Position numbers and translations under genes: made by a program. The notes under the pieces are model-generated. The model saw only the letters and a list, made by a program, of their open reading frames with translations. It had not been told where the DNA came from and ran no database searches. From positions 600,001-632,000 of the forward strand of contig NC_007517.1 of the NCBI RefSeq assembly GCF_000012925.1: 32,000 nt of DNA, in the 5' to 3' direction. Below are positions 1 through 6,129 of this stretch, piece by piece (position 1 is the stretch's first letter; each line of letters starts with the position of its first letter). The DNA is from Geobacter metallireducens GS-15 (GTDB taxonomy: Bacteria; Desulfobacterota; Desulfuromonadia; Geobacterales; Geobacteraceae).

Positions 1-2
1 TC

Positions 3-1106
3 TCCGCCTGTCAGAAATGCCATACCTACACCGACGATCTGGCGGCTACCCACGTGAACGGGATTGTTGACGTGGGGGCAACCACCTGCACCACCAACTG
101 CCACAAGCAGAGCGCTGCCTGGACCGGCGGCCGCGTAACCTGCGAGAGTTGCCACACCACCCCGCTATCGGTCATCAACGGCTTGACCGCGCCGTCGAAA
201 CCGAATTTTACCTCCTCCGGCCACGGCCAGGCGGGTGCCAATTACGACGCAAGCCGCCAGTGCGTCAACTGCCACGACAACACCAGTGCCCATATCTCCA
301 CGGCACTCGGCACCTACAAGCGGATCGCCGTCAACGACAATACCCTCTGCTCCGGCTGCCACAACGACTCGGTCAAGGTGCCGACCGCAACCAAGCGCAA
401 TGTGCCGACCCACGCCACGGCCAAGGGTACCTACACCATGGACTGCAAGGTCTGCCACGACGTCCACGGCACCGGTAACCGGGGGATGGTCCGCACCTTC
501 ATCACCTTCGGCACCCTCACCTCCACCATAACCTATGCCACCACCGCCGATCTCGTGCAGCTTGTCCCGCCCTACCGCGGTGTCTGTCAGACCTGCCATA
601 CCGCCACGAGCCACTACAAGCGCGGCGTCGACGAGGGGGCGAACCACCCCACAACGAACTGCCTCAACTGCCACTCCCACAAGAACACCTATGCCTTCAA
701 GCCGAGGGCCTGCAACGAGTGCCACGGCTATCCGCCGGCACCCAAGGGCTTCGTGGCGTCCCAGGCCACCTACTCGTCGGCCAAGCTCGAGAACTACTCG
801 GGCGGTGGCGGCGCCCACGTGAAGCTGGGCCACCTCATGGCGAACCTCAGGCCGACCCAGGGCTTCACCCCGTGCCTCGCCTGCCACAATGGCGGACCGG
901 CGGCCCACACGGGCGACGACACCATCTGGACCAGCGGCACCACCCAGTCGAAGAAGGCGCCGGTGACGGTGAAGATCGACCCGACCTACAAGTTCAACGC
1001 CACCAAGGGCCAGTGGTACTCGCAACAGGCGCCCGACGCCACCGGCAGCTGCTGGAACGTCAGCTGCCACTTCCAGCCGACACCACGCTGGTCCAACGAC
1101 AAGTAG
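3..1106 (+). CDS. multihaem c-type cytochrome (5'-truncated by window edge)
   Basis: Frame 3 is open from the window edge. SACQKCHTYTDD precedes the ORF-track start at 54, so the gene starts upstream of the window. By eye there are 9 CXXCH motifs (CQKCH, CESCH, CVNCH, CSGCH, CKVCH, CQTCH, CLNCH, CNECH, CLACH), one CX3CH (CTTNCH) and one CX4CH (CWNVSCHF). Stop is TAG 1104-1106. Confidence 0.85.
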   Translation, partial: SACQKCHTYTDDLAATHVNGIVDVGATTCTTNCHKQSAAWTGGRVTCESCHTTPLSVINGLTAPSKPNFTSSGHGQAGANYDASRQCVNCHDNTSAHISTALGTYKRIAVNDNTLCSGCHNDSVKVPTATKRNVPTHATAKGTYTMDCKVCHDVHGTGNRGMVRTFITFGTLTSTITYATTADLVQLVPPYRGVCQTCHTATSHYKRGVDEGANHPTTNCLNCHSHKNTYAFKPRACNECHGYPPAPKGFVASQATYSSAKLENYSGGGGAHVKLGHLMANLRPTQGFTPCLACHNGGPAAHTGDDTIWTSGTTQSKKAPVTVKIDPTYKFNATKGQWYSQQAPDATGSCWNVSCHFQPTPRWSNDK

Positions 1107-1112
1107 CGATCA

Positions 1113-1144
1113 AGAGGGGAGGGGCTGAAAGGCTTCTCCCCTCT
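1113..1144 (+). terminator. terminator-like hairpin after the cytochrome gene (no U-tract)
   Basis: AGAGGGGAG (1113-1121) pairs with CTCCCCTCT (1136-1144). Inner G-C/G-U pairs extend the stem around a short loop. It starts 7 nt after the stop codon. There is no T-run, so intrinsic termination is uncertain. Confidence 0.4.
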
Positions 1145-1170
1145 GACGTTGCGGCGAATCGATTGAGAAG

Positions 1171-1186
1171 CGGCACAGTGTGTGCT
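1171..1186 (+). promoter_or_regulatory. candidate sigma-54 (RpoN) -24/-12 promoter
   Basis: cGGCAC-AGTGT-gTGCT compared with the consensus TGGCAC-N5-TTGCW. The GG (1172-1173) and GC (1184-1185) are separated by exactly 10 nt. It sits about 35 nt upstream of the sORF ATG at 1221. Confidence 0.45.
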
Positions 1187-1220
1187 ATATGACGGGGAAC
1201 AAGGCGTAATGGAGGAAATC

Positions 1221-1283
1221 ATGAAGAAAAAGAGCTATGTACGTCCGAGAATCGTCGGGAGCGCGGCGGTTCACCCCTGCTGA
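1221..1283 (+). CDS. candidate small ORF, 20 aa (MKKKSYVRPRIVGSAAVHPC)
   Basis: ATG 1221 is preceded by GGAGG (1211-1215) at about 5 nt spacing, one of the clearest SD matches I noted in the window. Stop is TGA 1281-1283. It is absent from the ORF track because it is too short. It could be a regulatory leader peptide or a RiPP-like precursor (see findings). Confidence 0.3.
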   Translation: MKKKSYVRPRIVGSAAVHPC

Positions 1284-1302
1284 CATCCGGAACGACCCGC
1301 CG

Positions 1303-1345
1303 CAAGAGAGGTGCCGATTTACCGTTCGGCACCTCTCTTGCTTTT
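1303..1345 (+). terminator. strong hairpin plus T-tract (intrinsic terminator or attenuator) just upstream of the beta-helix gene
   Basis: CAAGAGAGGTGCCGA (1303-1317) pairs perfectly with TCGGCACCTCTCTTG (1326-1340), giving a 15-bp stem with an 8-nt loop. CTTTTG follows, and the stem ends 13 nt before ATG 1354. Confidence 0.5.
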
Positions 1346-1353
1346 GGGAAACC

Positions 1354-3852
1354 ATGACCATCTCATTGTTCAGGATTGCTTTCGTCTGCACGGTGCCGAT
1401 ACTCGCGCTGCTGGTGCTGCTGGCGCCTCGGAGCGCGTCTGCCGGCGTCATCACGGCCGATACGGTCTGGACGGGGAGCGTCACGGTGACCGAAGACGTG
1501 CTCGTCCCCGAAGGGGTCACCCTGACCGTCCGCCCCGGCACCTCCATAACGGTTGTTGCGGCGGAAAGCACCAAGACCGATCCAGAGTACCTCTCTCCCC
1601 TTAATGAAATAACCGTGCGAGGCACCCTGACAGTGGAGGGGACGGAAAAGGAGCCGGTCCGGTTTTCCGGCGCGGAAAAAAAGAAGGGGAGCTGGGCCGG
1701 GATTCTCGTCGATGGCGGCACGGCCGCGATCCGAGGGTGTCGTATTTCTGACGCGGACACCGGCGTTTCGGTGACGGATGGAACGCTCCGGCTGACCGGA
1801 TCGGCGCTGTTGGAGAACCGGTACGGTCTCGTGGTGCAGGGGACAAAGGCCCGGGTTGCCGTGGCCGACTCGCGGATCACTGGCAACGATTACGGTATCT
1901 TCACCCTCCAGGGGGCCCGGGTGGCAACCAGCGCCACGGAGGTGGCTCGCAACGGGAAGAAGGACACCTACGCGGCAACCTCTCGTGGGCAAATCCCCCC
2001 GAAGGCGCAGCCAGTCAACGATGGCGCGCCCGTGGGCCGTCGCTACCGCGACATGGTCCTCCTGGGGGAAACCGTCTGGCAGGGAAGGATCGAGATCGAC
2101 GGAACGGTGCGGGTCCCCGAGGGGAGCAGGCTGGTCATCCTGCCGGGAACCATCGTCGAGTTCACCCGGCGGGACACCAACGGCGACGGCATCGGCGAGA
2201 ACGGCATCATGATCCAGGGGCGTCTTGTGGCCAAGGGGACGGCCGAGCGCCCCATCACCTTCCGCTCGGCCGCGAAGGTGCGACGGATGGGGGATTGGGA
2301 CGCTGTCAATATTATGAACAGCTCAACGGGCCAGAACCTCATCGAGTACTGCCGGATCGAGGATGCCTATCGGGGGCTCCATTTCCACTTCTCCACCGTG
2401 GCGATCCACAACACCACCCTCACCGGCAATTACCGGGGCATCCAGTTCCAGGAATCGATGGTGGTGATGCGGGGCAACACCCTCTGCGGCAATCGGAGCG
2501 GCGTCCAGGGGCGGGATTCCGAGGTGGAGCTGACGGACAACCTCATCTGCACCAACCAGGTGGGGGGGAATTTTTTCCGGACCACCCTCACGGCCCAGGG
2601 GAACAGGATCGTCGCCAACGGGAGAGAAGGGCTCCGCGTGCGGGAGGGAGCCGCCACCCTTCGGGAAAACCTCCTCGACGGCAACCGCTTCGGCCTCCTG
2701 GTGGCCGACCTCTACCACGGCGAAGTGAGCCGCAACAGCATCACCAACAACACCGAAACCGGTATTTCCCTCAAGAACGTCGACACCATCGACATCGCAG
2801 GCAACGTGGTGGCGGACAACGGATTGAACGGCTTCAATATCCAGGACTGCGGCGCGCTCATCACCGGGAACCTGGTCACCGGCAACGGCGAGCGGGGGAT
2901 GGGAATCCAGTCCTTTGCCGGGCGCATCAGCGGGAACGACTTCGGCGGGAACGGCCTCTACGCCATTGACCTGGACGGGAAGGACGACGTGGCCGCCCCG
3001 GGCAACTGGTGGGGAGGGGACGATCCGGCGCGGGTCGTTTTCGACCGGCACGATGATTCGGCGCTGGGGCTTGTCCACTATGATACGGCCAGTGCCGCAC
3101 CCATCCCCTTTGTCTGGCCGCTGCCATTTGTGGCCTCAGATGCGGTCTGGCGCGGCGTCATCACCGTTGCCGCGCCCACAACGGTCCTCCCCGGCGCGGT
3201 CCTGACCGTGGCCCCGGGGACGACGGTGCAGTTTGCCGGCGGCGCGGGGCTCGAAGTCAAGGGCAAGCTAATTGCAGCGGGAAAGCGGGACAGCAGGATC
3301 GTCTTCACCTCCGTGGAACGCAAGGGTGCCTCGGACTGGAACGAGATTCTGCTGGAATATGCCACCGGCAGCGTCATTGCCCACTGTCTCGTCGAGTACG
3401 CCACCTGGGGCATTCACAGCCACTTTACCGATCTCTCCGTGTCTGATAGCGTCATTGCGCACAACTATGGCGGCATGCGCTTCAGGAGCGGCCCGGTACA
3501 GATCCGCCGCTCCCTCTTCCGGGACAACACCATCGGCATCAGGTCGTACATCGGCAACGCCCTCATCGCGGACAACCTGATCACGGGGAACGAGACAGGA
3601 ATCTTCGTCCGGGAAAAGGGGGGCGGGCTGACGGTGACGGGAAACAGCATCTCCGGCAACAGCGGCTATAACATGCGGATCGGCGATTTCAACGACGAGG
3701 ACGTGAATGCCCGGGGGAACTGGTGGGGCGAGGGAGACCCCGGCGAGACGATCTTCGACGGCCGGCAGGAGCCGGGGATCGGGATGGTTCTCTTTGAGCC
3801 GCACCTGACGAAACCTCCCACCGTTGGTCCCGGAAGCGGAGAAACGCCATGA
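1354..3852 (+). CDS. secreted right-handed parallel beta-helix repeat protein (NosD/CASH/pectate-lyase-like), ~832 aa
   Basis: ORF 1237..3852. I place the start at in-frame ATG 1354 because MTISLFRIAFVCTVPILALLVLLAPRSASA is a classic signal peptide. The 1237 extension would read through the hairpin. Many short G-N/I-x-x-N repeats are typical of beta-helix coils (ITGNDYGI, LTGNYRGI, CGNRSGV, ITNNTETGI, VADNGLNGF, VTGNGERGM). Two NWWG(G/E)xDP motifs are present. Confidence 0.8.
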   Translation: MTISLFRIAFVCTVPILALLVLLAPRSASAGVITADTVWTGSVTVTEDVLVPEGVTLTVRPGTSITVVAAESTKTDPEYLSPLNEITVRGTLTVEGTEKEPVRFSGAEKKKGSWAGILVDGGTAAIRGCRISDADTGVSVTDGTLRLTGSALLENRYGLVVQGTKARVAVADSRITGNDYGIFTLQGARVATSATEVARNGKKDTYAATSRGQIPPKAQPVNDGAPVGRRYRDMVLLGETVWQGRIEIDGTVRVPEGSRLVILPGTIVEFTRRDTNGDGIGENGIMIQGRLVAKGTAERPITFRSAAKVRRMGDWDAVNIMNSSTGQNLIEYCRIEDAYRGLHFHFSTVAIHNTTLTGNYRGIQFQESMVVMRGNTLCGNRSGVQGRDSEVELTDNLICTNQVGGNFFRTTLTAQGNRIVANGREGLRVREGAATLRENLLDGNRFGLLVADLYHGEVSRNSITNNTETGISLKNVDTIDIAGNVVADNGLNGFNIQDCGALITGNLVTGNGERGMGIQSFAGRISGNDFGGNGLYAIDLDGKDDVAAPGNWWGGDDPARVVFDRHDDSALGLVHYDTASAAPIPFVWPLPFVASDAVWRGVITVAAPTTVLPGAVLTVAPGTTVQFAGGAGLEVKGKLIAAGKRDSRIVFTSVERKGASDWNEILLEYATGSVIAHCLVEYATWGIHSHFTDLSVSDSVIAHNYGGMRFRSGPVQIRRSLFRDNTIGIRSYIGNALIADNLITGNETGIFVREKGGGLTVTGNSISGNSGYNMRIGDFNDEDVNARGNWWGEGDPGETIFDGRQEPGIGMVLFEPHLTKPPTVGPGSGETP

Positions 3853-4538
3853 GGGGACTATTCTGGCTGGCGGCGGCATGGCTGCTGCTCTTCTGTGCCG
3901 TGCCCGATGGCGCCCGGGCGGCGCTCCTCCGGGGGCGGGTGGCGGATATCGACGGCAAGCCCTTGGCGGGGGCAAAGCTCTTTGTCTACGACTCGGCCAA
4001 CGTCCGGCGGCCGGCAACCTTCATTTCTCCCCCCTCGGCGGCGGACGGAACCGTCGTCGTCACGGTGCCGCCCGGAACTTACTGGGTGGTGGCGCGGCTC
4101 AAAAAGGACGATTCCTACGGTCCGCTCATGCCGGGCGAAAAGCACTCGGGTGAGCCTGTTGTCGTGGACCTGACCGCGGAAGCCGAGGCCGCGCAGGAGT
4201 TCACCGTGGCTGATATCCGTGACTTGGGGCGCAAGCACCGGGCCATCGCTACGGAGTCAGTGAGGCTTTCGGGTCGGGTGCTGGATGGTGAGGGGAAGCC
4301 GGTGGCCAATGCCTATGTGTTTGCCTCGGCCACCAGAGACGGCGGCCGGATTCCCGACTATCTATCGGCATGGACCGGTGCCGACGGCGGCTACACCCTC
4401 ATGATCCCCGCCGGACGGACGTACTATGTTGGCAGCGCCACGCGTTTCCCGATGTCCGCATGGCACCCTTCGACGGAGGTTGTTCCCGCTGCCGGGAAAA
4501 CGGAGGTTGCGCTGGATGTGGGGTTGGCGCTAGACTGA
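3849..4538 (+). CDS. secreted protein with two carboxypeptidase-regulatory-like (CarboxypepD_reg) beta-sandwich repeats
   Basis: ATGA start/stop overlap with the upstream gene. Signal peptide is MRGLFWLAAAWLLLFCAVPDGARA. It has two copies of the motif (L)xGRVxDxxGKPxAxAxxF...DG.Y...PG.Y.V. Confidence 0.75.
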   Translation: MRGLFWLAAAWLLLFCAVPDGARAALLRGRVADIDGKPLAGAKLFVYDSANVRRPATFISPPSAADGTVVVTVPPGTYWVVARLKKDDSYGPLMPGEKHSGEPVVVDLTAEAEAAQEFTVADIRDLGRKHRAIATESVRLSGRVLDGEGKPVANAYVFASATRDGGRIPDYLSAWTGADGGYTLMIPAGRTYYVGSATRFPMSAWHPSTEVVPAAGKTEVALDVGLALD

Positions 4539-4544
4539 ATGCAC

Positions 4545-4572
4545 TGCAACCAGTTGAAACGACTGGGTTGCA
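4545..4572 (+). terminator. intergenic hairpin (terminator-like, no U-tract)
   Basis: TGCAACCAGT (4545-4554) pairs with ACTGGGTTGCA (4562-4572) with one bulged G and a 7-nt loop. It begins 7 nt after stop 4536-4538. Confidence 0.3.
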
Positions 4573-4597
4573 CTCAACACGGTAGACAGGGTGACGA

Positions 4598-5158
4598 ATG
4601 AAAAAGCTTTTCTGCTGCATCGTGGCGGTTTCGATTCTCGCTGTTGCTCAACTCTCCGGGGCCTGTGTCGGGCGAACGCTCCACATCGGCGTTTCCAATA
4701 CCGCCAACGAGCGGCTGCTGGGGGAGATGATCTCCATCCTCATAACCGAGCGGACCGGGACGTCGGTGAAGGTTCAGGTCTACCGGGACAGCAGGGAGCT
4801 GTACGGCGCCGTGAGGAAAGGGGAGGTGAACCTCCTGGTGGAAACCCCGGACCGTGCCCTGGAGGTGCTGGGAAAACAGAAGGAGGCAAACGGCGGGAAT
4901 TCCCGTGACCTGATCAAGAGCGGCTACCGTTCCACGTTCAATCTTGCCTGGCTCGAACCCTTCGGCGGTTCGCCCCAGTATGCTCCCGTCCTCACGGTCG
5001 AGACCCTGAGCAACTACCCGGCCCTCCCGAAACTGTTGGCAAAGCTTTCGGGCGCCCTGAACAACGACGCCTATGCCCGGTTGCTCAAGTCGTCGGATGC
5101 CGGCGGCAAGTCCCGCAAGGCGGTCAGGGATTTCCTCAAGGCGAAGAAGCTGATCTGA
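4598..5158 (+). CDS. short OpuAC-like (glycine-betaine-binding fold) periplasmic protein, probable lipoprotein
   Basis: The N-terminus MKKLFCCIVAVSILAVAQLSGAC is signal/lipobox-like. LHIGVSNTANERLLGEMISILITERTGTSVKVQ...AVRKGEVNLLVE resembles the N-lobe of OpuAC-family binding proteins. At 186 aa it is shorter than a full binding protein. Confidence 0.6.
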   Translation: MKKLFCCIVAVSILAVAQLSGACVGRTLHIGVSNTANERLLGEMISILITERTGTSVKVQVYRDSRELYGAVRKGEVNLLVETPDRALEVLGKQKEANGGNSRDLIKSGYRSTFNLAWLEPFGGSPQYAPVLTVETLSNYPALPKLLAKLSGALNNDAYARLLKSSDAGGKSRKAVRDFLKAKKLI

Positions 5159-5165
5159 TTCATCC

Positions 5166-6110
5166 GTGCCCGTGACACAGCCCGATCTCCTTAAACGGAC
5201 GGTCCGCTTCCTCGCCTCGACGGAACTGGCCGTTATCCTGTTCCTGGCAACAGCCCTCCTGGCCATCCCCGGCACCTTCACCGACAGCAGGGCACTCTAC
5301 GTCCATCCGGTTTTCCTCTGCCTACTGGGGGGGCTGGCCCTGAACCTCGTCCTCTGCACGGTGCGCCGGTTCCGGTCCATTTCGGTGCCGGTGCTGATCC
5401 TGCACCTGGGAGTGCTGGTGGTCTGCGGCGGCGTCATGGCCCGGGCTTTCGGCTACGTGGCCACCGTCAACATCTATGAGGGAACCACGGTGGACACGGT
5501 CTACCGGTGGGACCTGAAACGGGATGTTCCCCTGGGCGCCGCGCTGACCATCAAGCGGATCAACCGGGAGTATTACCCGATCCCGGTCAAGGTGGGAGTA
5601 CTCAGGGGGACGGTGAAGGATTCCCTCCACACCCTGAAGACCGGCGACAGCTTCGCGGCGGGACCCTACCGCGTAACGGCGGATTCGCTCCAGTTCCCCG
5701 CGGAAGTCCTCAAACTCTCCGTCTTTCAGGACGGACGGCTGATAGGCACCTGCGACACCGGGGGGCTGAGGGCGCTCCCGGCGAACTTCCCCTACGATTT
5801 CAAGCTGGTGGCGTTCCAGAATCCGGTCATGAAGCGCCTCTGGGTCGATCTGGCCCTCACGCGCGATTCCGCTCCCGCGGTGTCGGGAACGGCCGCGGTC
5901 AATGACCCCTTTATCTGGAACGGGCTCTATTTCTACAATACCCAAGTGGATGTGGATAAGGTGGGCACGCCTTTTGCTGGGATCCAGGTGGTGAGGGATC
6001 CCGGAAGACCCTGTGTTTTCGCCGGGTTCGCCATCATGGGGTTCGGGTCGATTCTGTCATGCGCCCGGCGGTTGAGGAAGGAACAACGGAAAAAGACGGT
6101 TTCGGAATAG
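5166..6110 (+). CDS. short ResB-like cytochrome c biogenesis protein (314 aa)
   Basis: The N-terminus LLKRTVRFLASTELAVILFLATALLAIPGTF is the typical ResB/Ccs1 opening helix. It has further TM helices and a C-terminal TM (GFAIMGFGSILS). It uses a GTG start 8 nt after the upstream stop. Confidence 0.7.
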   Translation: MPVTQPDLLKRTVRFLASTELAVILFLATALLAIPGTFTDSRALYVHPVFLCLLGGLALNLVLCTVRRFRSISVPVLILHLGVLVVCGGVMARAFGYVATVNIYEGTTVDTVYRWDLKRDVPLGAALTIKRINREYYPIPVKVGVLRGTVKDSLHTLKTGDSFAAGPYRVTADSLQFPAEVLKLSVFQDGRLIGTCDTGGLRALPANFPYDFKLVAFQNPVMKRLWVDLALTRDSAPAVSGTAAVNDPFIWNGLYFYNTQVDVDKVGTPFAGIQVVRDPGRPCVFAGFAIMGFGSILSCARRLRKEQRKKTVSE

Positions 6111-6129
6111 TCGGCATGGATGGGACTGC

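Noticed and set aside
1281-1345. TGA 1281 followed by a hairpin as a selenocysteine recoding site (bSECIS). This was tempting because a YedE-type putative Se transporter is in the window and the peptide would read ...HPC-U.
   Set aside because: Read-through would continue for about 100 codons in the wrong frame across the start of the well-supported beta-helix gene (this is the Arg/Gly-rich 1311..1604 ORF). The hairpin is a perfect 15-bp stem followed by a T-tract, which is terminator-like. Its loop (UUUACCGU) starts without the G expected in bacterial SECIS apical loops.
1237-1353. N-terminal extensions proposed by the ORF track: 1237 (beta-helix), 8530 (PqqD), 13714 (cytochrome), 21339 (lipoprotein) and 11895 (TPR).
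   Set aside because: The extensions run through hairpins, repeat arms or the preceding gene (ccsA). In-frame downstream starts give canonical signal peptides or lipoboxes and/or have SD sequences (1354, 8602, 13780, 21561, 11904).
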